Shown here: positions 1 to 12,624 of the stretch, piece by piece
How positions within the stretch are numbered: position 1 is the stretch's first letter
How the letters are laid out: each line of letters begins with the position of its first letter
Source: Lytechinus pictus
Lineage: Eukaryota
Direction: 5' to 3'
DNA: 64,000 bases
Assembly: GCF_037042905.1 (NCBI RefSeq)
Contig: NC_087245.1
Span: 38,628,001-38,692,000, forward strand
The notes under the pieces: generated by a model
What the model was told of the DNA's origin: nothing
The model's input: the letters and a program-made list of their open reading frames with translations, nothing else
Database searches by the model: none
Made by a program: the position numbers and the translations under genes

Positions 1-173
1 ATTCGGAAGCAGAACAGAAGCAACTGAAATAATGATTACCATTTTGCTGTATTGATAAGTCAGAGCAAGATCTGCCACATATTTCCCCTTTAAATAAAGG
101 AGAGCTGAATAAGACTAAGAGTCGGCTATCAGTGATAAAGATTGACATAATATTTTTCATGCACAATACATAC

Positions 174-268
174 CTCTTCCTGGCCGGACACCACAGCCAT
201 ACAACTAGAGAGGGCGCTACAAGCTTCGTGAGATCTATCAACAATGCCTTCCAGCCGTTTGGTTAGCT
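174..268 (-). CDS. OSBPL1A: OSBPL1A-like exon (coiled coil)
   Basis: [32 protein letters not shown], phase 1 to 0, GTATGT donor. Confidence 0.78.
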
Positions 269-3200
269 CTGACAAAGAGGAATGGCGGCAAAGGATGACT
301 TTCAATATTACCTGTAGTTTACATGCCAGTGCAGTATCAAAATCAACATGTCAAGTCAAATGAGAAAATACATGCTGAATACTTTAGAAAGCAGATATAA
401 TGTAACAGAACTCACTTTAACTTATTCAGCCCCATGTCAAACATACGACAAGTGGAACGCCTCTGGCAGTCTCGCCTGCATCATGCGATTCATTATAGCA
501 GCTGTGCTGACTTTAAAAACGACTATTGAATAATTATTCACAAAAAACACAATTCATATGATAATAAAATACTGTGTTCACTGACCCTAAATGACATTTG
601 TCCTTGATCATGTGACCTAAGACTTGTACAAGATGATCAGTGATACTTGATCACCCTCAGATTATGTCCACATTTCACGAACTAGATCCATAAACTTTCA
701 AAGTTATGATGTCCATTCAACAAATACCCCCAAGTTTGACTGTATATACCTGTAATGTTAATACTGTTATCTGTGCTGCCTTTGAACCCTTCCATCCATT
801 GTGAAAGATTTCTGATGCTCTCCTCCAAGAGGTGGTGTCGTGTTTGAGCATTCTGGAATTGAAAAAGGAGAGAGAATTAATAACTTAATTTCCAACTCCT
901 CTGCAACAGACATGCATGTGCCCAATATGATTTTGAGGAAAACATTTTTCATAAAATATACTGCAGATTTTATGAAAAGAGAGAAAAAAAGTATAAAATA
1001 TTGAAAAAGAAAAGGTTCAATTTGCATCTTCATTTCAGCAAGGTCATACCTTCAATGTATCTTGGATGGAGCTCAAGGCAAGGAGTTTCTTCTTATCTTC
1101 TCCTTCCTCGTCATCATCCGAATCAGAGTCGGCAATGATGCAGGAACTAGCCAATCTCTCACTGTAGGATCGATGCTCCCTCAGAGCCGATATCCATTTC
1201 TAGGTGTTGGAAGAATCAAAACAGAGCAGTAAATAGCAAAAGTAATAATTTGGTCTCCAAAAAGTTTAAATAAGAAAATAAACTTCTCTGAAAAAGTAGT
1301 TCTTTCTTCATACTTCTAAATTAATAAAGTTGAATGAAAAGACAAGGTACAAGAGTTTCTTCGACACCATTTTTTGCAGACTGCATGCTTAGAAGTTTCA
1401 CTGACTTTGTCCAATATGCACATCTCAGGCTGGAGCGAACCCAGTGGCCCGTTTCATAAAGGACTTGCAACTGTTGTAACTTTGTCATTATGGCAACTAC
1501 CATGGAAACAGGACTCAGCAGCCAATCATAATCAAGGTTTCCATGGTAGTTGCCATAATGGCAAAGTTACAACAGTTGCAAGTCCTTTATGAAACAGGCC
1601 CCAGAACTTCAAACCTTGTTTCTCCTTATTTTTTGAAGCTCTCACTTAATTTTTTTTCTGCATTCAATCAAGCACTTGTGTGGGCCATTGTTGATCAATT
1701 TCAACAAGTTATTTATGATTTAAAAGCTTGGGATGTGCTTTTTGAAGCTCACTTCAAATCTTTAAAATCATTCGTGAGGATGTATTTCATTCTGAGTTGC
1801 CTCGGTTGCCGAACCGATTCAGTGGCTCAATGATGTGGCTCAATATGCATGTACCGAGCTGGTTAAGTGAAGAGGCGCTATATTTTACAGTGCATACTGA
1901 GTAAAACAAAGCTTGCGTGCGCTTGCGTGATTTCAAATCTAAAATATAAAGCCTTATTTACTGAAAATAATAAAAATCAAAATATTTTAGTGATATGATA
2001 AGATAATTTTGATTGGCGCATAAATTCTTTTTTGAATGAGAGCCCTGTTAACAACAAGAACAAGATATTGTTGGGTTTGGGTTGGCTGGTCACAATTGAC
2101 TGTGAGAGGCAAGCCTTGAGAAGCAAAACATATTTAGTGTAGTAGGTTACACGGAGCACCATGTATCTTTCTTGGGCAAGTGTTGGTCCTGAAAAGGACC
2201 ACCCAATCTCAACGTTTCGACAAGTGTGTTCTTGTCATCATCAGGAGAATAAGCAAAGTTTGTAAAAGTAGGGTACATGTCTCTGATCGGCTGGATAAGT
2301 CACATGACATCCACATATGCGGACCCGGGTGACAACACACAAAACCAGCGACGACCGGAAATGCCGTCAGTTATCATTCCCGCTATGATTAGCATGAATG
2401 ACAAAGCCACCACTTCCACCCATACACTGCAATGCTCACACATGTGTGGAACGTCCCGGCAGGCTAATTAGCCTCTTTGTCTAGAACAGTAAGCCAGATG
2501 TTGCTAACTGACGGCATTTCCTGTCGTTCTGGTTTTGTGTGTTGTCACCCAGGTCCGCATATGTGGATGTCATGTGAATTATCCAGCCAATCAGATACAT
2601 GTAAGGCCTGCTTTTACAAACTTTGCTCATTCTCTTGAAGACGACAAGAACACACTTGTCGAAACGTCCTTTTCAGGACCAACAATTGCCCAAGAAAGAT
2701 ACGTGGTGTACCGTGAAACCTACTACACTATTCTTCTTCGCCATGGAAACCTCCTGAAGTTACAAAACATATTCACCTCTCTTGTCAAGTCTTTGGAGAA
2801 TTTTTCATCTAGCATCCAGAGATGAGTCGATCCTTCATTGTACCTCACAGCAAACATATAATCATTATCAACATTGATCTGAAAAACAAAGAACAATACA
2901 AAGTACAACGTACAATAACAGAAACGGGATGCAGCACTCTGCTCTATACGTCATAGAAGGAGGAGGGGGGGGGGGTTATTATAAACTACTGTGTTTCTTT
3001 TTCAAATTTAAACACTTCGGCCTGTATCCTGAACTCGGGTTTAAATCAAACCCCGGTTTAAAGTTGTGGTTTAAGTATGGAGAGCCAATTGGGGCACAAA
3101 TCCTTAACAGTACACATCCAATTTATTAACTCATTTGACACTCAAATTGTTCATAATCATCTGGGAATGATAACTGAAGTATTTTCTTCATCATGAAAGC

Positions 3201-6200
3201 AAAAGGAAACAAAATAGTAAACATAAGAAATAAACAATATAAACAGAATTTTTGAATTTTTGGCTCCCCATAATTTAAGCACAGAGTTGTGGTCTAAGTT
3301 AAACCTGACTTTAGAATACAGGCCTATAGGTTTCCAGGGATCTCACTGATGATTACTAATTCTTCACTTCACTTTGGATTCATCATCGGTCGGTTAAATA
3401 TATCTTTACTTATTCAATTCTCAATTGCACTCAGCCATCTTAAAACTGATCTACCAATACATCTTTCATAGTAATGAACATGGGTACTGCCCCAATTCAC
3501 ACATTTTTCTTACTATTTTGTTATTTTGTTCAAAACTTGAATGAGTAATGAGTATGTGGTGAGGTAGTAAAATGGACTAAACTGTTTAATTCATGAGCCC
3601 ACATTAAGAAGTCGGGTTTCATCTAAACTCTGGTTTTAAGTTTTGGTTTAATTAGGGAAAGCCAGTTGTTACATAAATCTCTAATATTAGAGGTTCGATG
3701 TTTCAGCTCCCAAAACATTATTAACTGCCTGGGAAGGATAAGTATGACAGTTGTCTTCACCATTAAAGAATTAGTAAAGAGCACAGTAAACATGAGAAGC
3801 ATTCACTGTAAACAAAATTTTGAAACGTTTGGCTTCCCATAATTTTAGCACAGAGTTAGACTATGGTCTAAGTTAAACCTGACTTCAGAATACGGGCCAT
3901 AAAATTTCCTCCTGCTATTTCTTTTGTGTACAGACCTTTATATCGGCATGCTCCAGACTTTTGCAGCCCTGTCTCTTCAATCCTGTATATGCATCAGCCC
4001 TGGAAAGACACAGAGAAATTATATCCAAAAAAAATTAAAACCTGAAGGTAGAAGAATTATAAAACATCACTTCACTGCAAATTAAATGATAGATATCTAA
4101 ACTTTGTGCAGTGCCCTTATAAAAGTTTGATCAGTTTGTTTTGTGACCTAGTTTAGTTCAATTTAATGATATTGCAATATTAATTATTCCATAAAACTAA
4201 GCATAGACCTACATTCAGGCCATGTTTAGACTCTATTTCAATATCTATTGTATTGTATATACCCGGTGTATATATCTGTATACATATTTATGTACACATG
4301 GATTTTTCAATACATAAGTGTATTGATTGCAGAATTTTATTGATATGAAATAAAATAATTTACATCAAATAGAAAATATCTCCTTATTCAATTGCTAAAT
4401 TCATCTGTCACTAATAAAAATCAAACATGCAGTATGACTTATGCCTGATGAAATCAATCTGACTGTTAATATCCTGATAATGCCAATATTTTTTAATAAT
4501 AAACAAATATATCTATAATATATAACGTAAATACTAAATAAATAATTAAATACCTAAACAAATTAATAATTAAATAGATGTATAATGAATTACATTGTAA
4601 TCAACAAAGGAATTTATAAATTAAAAAAAATAAAACGTTCAATTTAATCAATTTACTAAATTTTCCATACCTATTTTGATCTTGAGGGCTCAAAAAATAA
4701 GGAAATTTCATATCCTAGCTTGATTATAAAAACAATAAATTTCTCTTGGCATTGAATGATGATTTTACCTGTTCCTGTAATAGCTCAGCATACCCTGGTC
4801 AAGTACCACCCAAAGATGTCGCCTTCTCATCAAACCAGCCTACAATTAGATGAATGAAGAAATACATTAATGACTAAATGAACAAATAAAAAGTATATTA
4901 GTAAAATGGATGGATGGATGGATGGATGGATGGATGGATGGATGGATGGATGGATGGATGGATGGAGGGATGGATGGATGGATGGATGGATGGATGGAAG
5001 GATGGAAGGATGGATGGATGGATGGATGGATGGAGGGATGGAAGGATGGATGGATGGAGGGATGGATGAATGAATGAATGAATGAATATATGAGTAAATG
5101 AATAAATAGATAAAGCAAAAATTAATAATAAACAAATCAATTAATGAATTGATAAATGAATGGATAAATAAATACATGAATGAATGAATCAATCAATCTA
5201 TTAATTAATCAATCAATAAGCTCCAAGTGGAACTCACACTGCTAAATGAGAACCCAAATTTTAAATAATGGTGTCTCTCACTCACCCTATAAAGCGGTCC
5301 TTCAAACTTATTGACATAGCTCTGAACCACCTGTAATCAAGAAAATAGTAAAATGATTTGTTAGTTAGACACTATTAAGAAATGTTAATCAACTATAAAC
5401 AGTACACAGCTAACTTCAAATCTTTATATTCATACCACTTTTCCATTGTTATTTATCAATTTGTCCCCTTAAACATAAAAACACATAAGTACATTATTAA
5501 AATCAATTACATTACAAAAAAAAACACTTTCAACAAAAGAAAACATTATAATTGACGATTTGATTTGATCATTTTAGCAACTTTAATAAATGTATAAAAA
5601 TATTGTTCAAGCTAATGTGTATCACAATCCTCACCTGGGTGGAGAGTGACCTATTCAGTATTTTAGAAAAAAGTCTTCTAAACACGGTTTACATCTTGAA
5701 ATGGTCAGAAATGGGATCTACCGTATATAAATTTGGAAAGTGATCAATAACAACTCTCTTATCACATCTCTAAATACAATTTGCATTCCATACGAGAACA
5801 GGCAAAGATCCAGGAAACACAGGAGGAAAGTGCCCCCCCCAAAAAAAAAAAACTTTTGCTAAAGGAATATTGTAAACAATTGAATTAGAACCATGTTATG
5901 AGTATTGCCTTCCCCCCCCCCCAACAATCCTGTGCCTCTCTTTTTGAAGTGAGGATGCAAAAAGGTCCATTTTAGAAAGTGATAACTTTTGTTTTGATTT
6001 CTTTTGTTTGGGGGTTATTATTTTTTTCTTAGGGGGACAAAAGGTCCTTTTTGGTAGCAATAATAGCTTTTCCCTGTTTTTTTTTTTTTTTTTTTGGTGC
6101 ATTTATAAAAAGAATGCTAAGCAAAATTAAACAATTTTCTATTCTTCTCAATATATCAAATCTTGGATGTGCCCCTTGTAAAATATACAAAACTCTATTC

Positions 6201-9200
6201 CAAACCATTCAATAGAAGAAAAGGAGAAAAGATCAAGCATATATAAAGTTAAACGAAGAGTCTGTTCTTTCCTTATTCCCTACCTTTACTGGACGAAGGC
6301 TGACCAGCTGTCGGATGTGGTACGACTGGGCAAGGTCAAGGCTCGTTTGACCCTTGGTGTTCTTCACATCAGCCTTCGCCCCACTCTGAAGCAAGAAAAT
6401 GGCCGCCTCTCGCTGATCACTGTAACAAGCCCGGTGGAGAGGAGTATTTCCACTTGCGTCTGTGCAATTTATGTCAGGGGGCCTTGGGCCTTTTAGCTAA
6501 CAAAAAAAAGATAAACTGTATGGATTAGAATTTGCTTTTTTTTTCTTCAAAGTTTTAATTCTTGCATTTTTTAATTAAGACCTTGATGCACAGTTAATTT
6601 CCCATCTTTGTAAACATTATGCTGTCCTCATTCACATGCTAATAAGATTTCTGTTGCAATTACCAATGCACTGTACAAAATATGAATTGAAATGAGGCCA
6701 TTTTTACAGAGAGAATGCCTAAGAAAATTATTATAATTTCATCCTATATCTAGCACTAAATCAATCCCAATTTTATGAGACCAGAAAGTAGAGAACAGCA
6801 ACGATTTCATCAAAAATGTTTTTCGAGAATAGTGACAAATACTATACAAAGATTCATCAGTTTATTTCTGTTCATCTGTTGTTACTTTGTCATTTACTGT
6901 ACAACATTAATTCAAAACATATCTTGTTATCTCTTTATATGAACATATTAACACAGTAAAATCGTGCTAGGATTGGTTTAGCATAGCATTTATAAGCTCG
7001 ACAAATAGTTATTATTCTGTTCACTGTGCAAATAGCTATCAGTCTGAAGTACATGACCTTAACTTTATCATGGACCTATTACAAACAGCTGCTGCATGTT
7101 AAAGCGCATATATTGGATGTTTTAATGATTCATCAGTTGTTATCAACCTCATTATGTTCTTGACTGACCTTTCTATGGCACTCAAGAGATAAGGATCTAC
7201 TCTATTTTGGGAGTAATACATATCTACATAATTATATTGTAGATACTAAGTATTGGTTATTCTCTAACATGGATACATTGCAGTTTGTTCTTATTCAGAG
7301 AGAAATAAGAAGAATTTTGACAGATTATGTTCTCAGGCTGGATTAAAAGATATCTTCTAAATCAATCTTTCTACCCTCACATTCTTTTAAAGGCAGAACA
7401 TACTAAATTACATGTAGCACCTCAAATGGACATACATAATCTTTCATCTAAATTCATGATAATTTTGCACGAATGTGTACACAAACGTGAACATACTGCA
7501 CATGTTGCTACTCTTATTTGTTCACTTTTATTACATTAATTTGGAGGGAGATCTGCTTTAATGTGTGGGAATACTTCTCCTTGCAACTTGCCCAGATGAA
7601 ATCTTGCAGCTCTCTCCCTATACATTATCCATTGCACTTCTTCCTATACATCTCCTTCAACCCCTCCATTCCCTCCTTCTGTCATCTACTATGCTATCCC
7701 CTACTATCTTTCTCACCTCCCCATGTTCTTCCTCTCTCTCTCTCCTTCAACTTCTCTCTGTCCCCTACTATCCCCCACCCGTCCCACCTTTTTCCTCTCT
7801 TTTCTTCAACCCTTCACCCCCCTCTGCCCCCTACTACCCTCCCCCACTCCTCCTATCTTCTTCCTCTCTCTCTCTCTCCTTCACCCCCCCCCCCCCCTCT
7901 GTCCTCTACCCTTCCCCATCCCTCCCATCTTCTTCCACTCTCTCCGTCAACAATTCACTCCCCGCCTATGTCCCCTACTACCCTCCCCCACCCCTCCCAC
8001 CTTTTTCATCTCTCTCCTTCAACCCTTCACCCCCCTTGTCCCCTACTACCCTCCCCCACCCCTCCAATCTTCTTCCTCTCTCTCCTTCAACCCTTCATGC
8101 CCCCCCTCTGTCCCCTACTACCATCCCCCATCCCTCCCATTTTCTTCCTCTCTCTCATCTTCAACCCTTCATCCCCTCCCCCTCTGTCCCCTACTACCCT
8201 CCCCCACCTCTCCCATCTTCTTCCTCTCTCTCCTTCAACCCTTTCATCCCCATCCCCTACTATTCTACCCCCTACTATCCTCCTCCACCCCTCCCAGCTT
8301 ATTCATCTCACTCCTTCAACCCATCCATACCCCTCCCTGTTCCTAGATACTATCATTTCCTCTACTAAACATCCCCACCCCTCCCACCTTCTTTAAATAT
8401 CCCTCTCCTATCCTTAAGACTGTCTATTTCTCCTTCAATATTCATCTATCTATCTTCCCCATACCTTTCATCCAATTTCCTCTCTCTTTCCCTCGCTTCC
8501 CCCCCCCCCCCTTGGTTTAGTTGTCATGCTCACCACTTTTGCCATGATTTCAATGTCCCCATCTGATGCAGCATGGAGTAAAGTTTGGTGGGACTTAAGC
8601 TGCTGTGATTGTTCAGCACCTTAAATCAGAGAAAAGGAAGAAAAAAAAATGATTCTACAAGTACTTGAATTTCTTGGGTATAAAGTAAACATGAGAAACC
8701 CTTACCTGTTTAGGGTTCATCAAAAAAAAAATAGTGACCCTTTATTTTTTATAGACTTATCTCTCTCCCCCCACCTCTTTATTATTTCCCATTTTTTCTC
8801 CCCATTTCTTGAAAATTCAAAAGGGCGCAGTATTTCCCTGGCTTAGTGTTGTAATCTGAAAGAAAAATATTGTTTGTCCTGGGCCTGTAAACCATCAGAA
8901 ATTTATCCTGATTCTGGATAGAATAACACTACAATGCCCCCCCCCCCCCCGTATCTCCACCTCTGTAAAAATTGCAAAATCGATGAACAACATAATACCT
9001 TCGAGTAGTCTCTTGACTTCTGGTCCAAGTGCTAGTTCCTTGGGCGACATGCCTTCTCCGTTGATAGCAAAGACGTCAGCACCATGCTCTATTAACAGCT
9101 GCACTATGTCCTGGTGAAGAAAGAGAGCAAATTTGACTTTAAAAAAAATCAAATACAGGTAACTCTAACTAAGTCAAATCTCTTGGGACCACAGAAATTT

Positions 9201-11316
9201 GTTTGATTTATGAGAAATTTGACTTGAAAAGGGTATCATATAATACATGTTTTGAATAACCAGGGCCCCGTAACACAAAGGTTTAATAGCGATTAATCAC
9301 TAAATGAAACAGCCTATCAAAATCATCGTTGCATGCGCATTTTGCTCAGTAGACTGACAAGGAACCAATTAGAATTGCTCTTTCACTTGTGATTGCTTTA
9401 TGTGTTACGGGCCAATACGGGGTCCCTGGTCTAAAAAAATGCTTCGACTAAGGCGAACATCCGACGAATGGAAGGTCGGCTTAGGCAGAGTCATCTATAT
9501 TTTAACCCTAATCAGACTGCTGTTTTTAAACAGGTGGAGGGGGCTGATCGAACACTACACATCATTACAAACACAGAATTTAGTTTCATTATCTATTTGG
9601 CAAATGAAGATAACACAGAAAAATACATAACAATTCAGAGAACAAAGAATTATCAATACAAAACAGAAATTATCCAATGGAATGCCAGCTAGGGGCAGAA
9701 AAGGTTAACTAATTAGAAAATAAGCCTTCTACTCTACTTCCAAATGGAATATCCACAGAACTTGAATTCAAAGAGAAAATTAAAAAAAATATATATTTTA
9801 ACATCTCTAAATATACGGTACCTGTTAAACAGAAATATTGTGATCATTATGAACCTCAAAACAATGTGAATTACTGACCTCTCTGCCAATATAAGCAGCT
9901 TTGTGAAGAGGGGTATCTCCCATAGGATTCATTGAGTTGATGTTAGCTCCGTTACTCAACAGAACCAACGCAACCTTCTCATGACCAAAGTAAGAAGCAA
10001 GATGGAGTGGACTCCAACCTCGATTTGATTTTTGTTGACCTGGGTATCAAATCAATGAATACATTTGTCTGAGAATAAAAGTACACGATCTCTAACTTTA
10101 AGAAATGAGAAGAGTCAAAAATACAAATGACTTTGAGTGTCTTCATGAGAAGAAACTTGGAAATACATAAGTTCTTAATAAGGCAATCTATTCATCTTGG
10201 GACTCATCTTTTCATTTGTCATCTTAGCCTGCAATATATTCATGTGTGTTGGGGGAGGGGGGCAGGCACCTATTCACGGAGGATTATTCTATTGTTACTG
10301 GGGGTGCTGAGCAATGTCACAGCACCCCTAGTAACAATAGATAATCATCCATGGCCAGGTCCATGGAGGGGGTTCTAATAAGACTCATCACTTCCTTTGA
10401 TAACACTTTTTTTTTAATAAAACATTGTCCCTTGCAAACTGCTGGTTATTCCCTATATCACCTTTTCTTTAATACTGGGTGTGTTCCTATGAAGCAAATA
10501 TTTTCTTTATCAGTTTGTCCAATACTTCCTAGCAAACTGTTGACCTTTCCAAAAATCATTTCCTTTCTTTGATAATGAGTAATAAAGCAATGCACAACTT
10601 CTACTCTCACCTTTACAATTAACACTGAAATTGCAGCTCGTGTCACATTGCTCGTATTTCTGGATCAGTTTATGTACCCCTGATGCATCTCCATGTCGTG
10701 CTGCAACAAGTAGCAGCTCCATGTCCTCCTTTTCATCCTCTGGTTTAACACCATCTCCCGACCCTTTCTGGAAGCTTGAAGCTCTCTCAAGATCTTTTTT
10801 AATACCGTGATCAACAATTTCACTATTCTCTGCTCCTTGGATAATCCTGTTCGCCACACCATTGTTATCATTATCTTGAAGGATAGATCTGTTGTCCTTA
10901 GCTTCCCTGAATTCTTCCTCTTGCATCCTATCATCGTCATCTCCCAACATCCATCCTTTCTCGTTCACCATGCCCGGATCACCGGCTTCATTTATCGCAG
11001 TCACGACTGCTTCTGCACCTTTTGTAATGGTGGGATAGTTATCTGCGATTCTAATACTGGCAGCATCTCTGACAGTCTCCTGCTGCCCCTCTTCATCTTC
11101 AGCATCACAGTCAAAGAATTTGACCGTTCCAGATACCGGCTCTTCCACTTTCTCCAAATCAATTTTCCTCAAAGGTGGATCCTGAACCTGGTTGGAAGTT
11201 TGCCTCGGTTCAGTTCCACTCAATCTTTCGGATGCTTCAGTTTCAATTTCAATCCCTTCAGGCAGTTCACCCTCTTCCTGGCAATCCTTAAACTCTGGAG
11301 GAGACTGTTCTGCCAT
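174..11316 (-). CDS. OSBPL1A: Oxysterol-binding protein-related protein 1 (ORP1L-like): ankyrin repeats + PH domain; 5' part of gene, continues off the left edge
   Basis: 12 phase-compatible GT-AG exons read by hand: 10611-11316, 9879-10039, 8999-9110, 8534-8619, 6284-6496, 5286-5330, 4769-4839, 3936-3999, 2777-2878, 1050-1199, 750-852, 174-268 (1908 nt, 636 codons). The peptides [74 protein letters not shown] and WISALREH follow the order of vertebrate ORP1L ANK and PH regions as I recall them. Confidence 0.9.
750..852 (-). CDS. OSBPL1A: OSBPL1A-like exon (coiled coil)
   Basis: [34 protein letters not shown], phase 0 to 1. Confidence 0.78.
1050..1199 (-). CDS. OSBPL1A: OSBPL1A-like exon (PH C-terminal helix, acidic linker)
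   Basis: [13 protein letters not shown]...DSDSDDDEE...SIQDTLK. Confidence 0.87.
1445..1601. mobile_element. Palindromic ~155-bp MITE (Harbinger-type, CAG target duplication)
   Basis: Long TIR GGCCCGTTTCATAAAG...CTTTATGAAACAGGCCC, CAG on both sides; same family at 41901, 46770 and 51039. Confidence 0.8.
2135..2730. mobile_element. ~600-bp inverted-repeat element with Penelope-like terminal repeat motifs
   Basis: Arms TAGTGTAGTAGG...CCTGAAAAGGAC and the reverse complement ending CCTACTACACTA; each arm has a (C/T)TGAnGA-stem-GAAAC motif. Confidence 0.65.
2777..2878 (-). CDS. OSBPL1A: OSBPL1A-like exon (PH domain)
   Basis: [34 protein letters not shown]. Confidence 0.8.
3019..3324. mobile_element. 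MITE, ~300 bp
   Basis: TIR GGCCTGTAT...ATACAGGCC; related diverged copy at 3596-3898. Confidence 0.65.
3596..3898. mobile_element. MITE, related to 3019-3324
   Basis: Shared ends: ggtctaagttaaacctgactt...gaatacgggcc. Confidence 0.6.
3936..3999 (-). CDS. OSBPL1A: OSBPL1A-like exon (PH domain)
   Basis: [21 protein letters not shown], phase 2 to 0. Confidence 0.85.
4769..4839 (-). CDS. OSBPL1A: OSBPL1A-like exon (PH domain)
   Basis: [23 protein letters not shown]. Confidence 0.87.
4907..5087. repeat. (GGAT)n/(GAAT)n microsatellite
   Basis: Direct tetranucleotide repeat. Confidence 0.95.
5286..5330 (-). CDS. OSBPL1A: OSBPL1A-like exon (PH domain start)
   Basis: [23 protein letters not shown] bounded. 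Confidence 0.85.
6284..6496 (-). CDS. OSBPL1A: OSBPL1A-like exon (ankyrin)
   Basis: [25 protein letters not shown]...[18 protein letters not shown]. Confidence 0.92.
7620..8400. repeat. C/T-rich degenerate minisatellite
   Basis: Recurring ctgtcccctactaccctcccccacccctcccatcttcttcctctctctccttcaaccct units. Confidence 0.85.
8534..8619 (-). CDS. OSBPL1A: OSBPL1A-like exon
   Basis: [28 protein letters not shown], phase 1 to 0, GTGAG donor. Confidence 0.85.
8999..9110 (-). CDS. OSBPL1A: OSBPL1A-like exon (ankyrin)
   Basis: [41 protein letters not shown] bounded. Confidence 0.9.
9263..9412. mobile_element. Short MITE
   Basis: TIR GGCCCCGTAACACAAAG / CTTTATGTGTTACGGGCC; relative at 33427-33559. 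Confidence 0.55.
9879..10039 (-). CDS. OSBPL1A: OSBPL1A-like exon (ankyrin)
   Basis: [51 protein letters not shown] bounded. Confidence 0.92.
10611..11316 (-). CDS. OSBPL1A: OSBPL1A-like coding exon 1 (ATG, acidic extension, first ankyrin repeat)
   Basis: ORF MAEQSPP...[10 protein letters not shown]...NCK, donor AAG|GTGAG, upstream acceptor at about 11366. Confidence 0.85.
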
Positions 11317-11533
11317 TATTGTCTACTAGATGCCAGGGAACACTCCCAATTAGATTTGGCAATATCTAGATGATAAAGAAACATCAAAATAATAATTTGA
11401 AATTTGGAGAACCTAAAGGCAAACTGCATAAATGCACGGTATAGGCTACATAGAGAGAGAAATAGGGGATGAAAGAAGGCAACACCACAAACTGTTTGAT
11501 GAAGAACATATTTGAAACTAAATTCCCTTCAAA

Positions 11534-11749
11534 CACTGGCGGATCCAGGGAGGGGGCACAGCAGGCACGTACCCCCCCCCCCCCCCATTTTAACAGAGGG
11601 GTTTTTTTTGCGTGTCAATTTTTTTCGGGTACGAAATATCCTTACTTAATTTGTGGTTGAAAATTTTTCTTATATCTTTTGCGTGTCAAAATTTTCCTCA
11701 GAAAAAAATTGCCCCCCCCCCCTTTTAGAAAATCCTGGATCCGCCCGTG
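11534..11749. mobile_element. Short MITE
   Basis: TIR CACTGGCGGATCCAGG / CCTGGATCCGCCCGTG. Confidence 0.65.
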
Positions 11750-12043
11750 CCTTCAAATGCAACTCCATTATAAGGACTACAAGAATGACTTGTTCACAAT
11801 TGAATGAGTATGTTTGGTTTGTGTTTGGTGACTGACTCGGCTGATAAAATGTTGAAATAAGTTTGATAAGTCGAATGGTGGCACATGTCAGGATCATTGA
11901 CACATCACGCTACCTTGAGGTAGAGGAAAATGAGCTACATTTGGAGTGGCTCAGAGTATCAATTGGTTGTATTTCCAACCAAATGAGAAATCTGCAGTTG
12001 TGCTCAATAGTTAGTGAACCCCACTACAAGAATCACTCCTTAA

Positions 12044-12624
12044 AGGAGAATGAAACTCTTGGAGCAAGTTAGCTTTTGTGAAAGCAGAAAAATCAAAGAA
12101 TAAGATCAACAAAAGTTTGAGTAAAATAGGACTAGCAATAGAAGAGTTAGGAGCATTTGAATGTCGAGATCACTAATGCTATGGAGATCCTCCCATTGGC
12201 AATGCGACCATGATCTATGATGTCACAGATGAACAACTCTCCCCTTTTGGACACTGAAAATATACCCCAAAACATCTCTTTTTGCTCATTCTAATCATAT
12301 GACAAACGATTCAATTATATAATGTTGTGAAACCTCTGTACTTGTCCTCTCATAAAGAGAACACCTCACCTTTTGATAGACTCTATAAAAGTGAGAATAT
12401 AAGTGAAATAAGTACTAAAGTAATGAGGGAGTTGTACGTGTGTGACATCACAGATCTTGGTCGCATTGCCAATGGGAGGATCTACATGGCATTAGTGATC
12501 TCGACATTCAAATGCTCATAACTTTCTTATTATTCATTCAATCTTCCTCAAACTTTCAACAATATGTTTCTTTGATTTTTCTCTTTGATATGGATTTAGC
12601 TGGTTTCAAGGGTTTCATTTTCCT
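12044..12624 (+). mobile_element. Non-autonomous TTAA-flanked DNA transposon (Kolobok-like), copy 1
   Basis: TTAA|AGGAGAATGAAAC...GTTTCATTTTCCT|TTAA, long internal palindrome. Confidence 0.8.

Noticed and set aside
4830..5192. HPSI-repeat ORFs
   Set aside because: Translation of the (GGAT)n microsatellite
7518..8396. Proline-rich/extensin-like ORFs in three frames
   Set aside because: C/T-rich minisatellite inside an OSBPL1A intron; open in all frames because it lacks stops
10807..11373. 188-aa plus-strand ORF
   Set aside because: Antisense shadow of the large OSBPL1A coding exon
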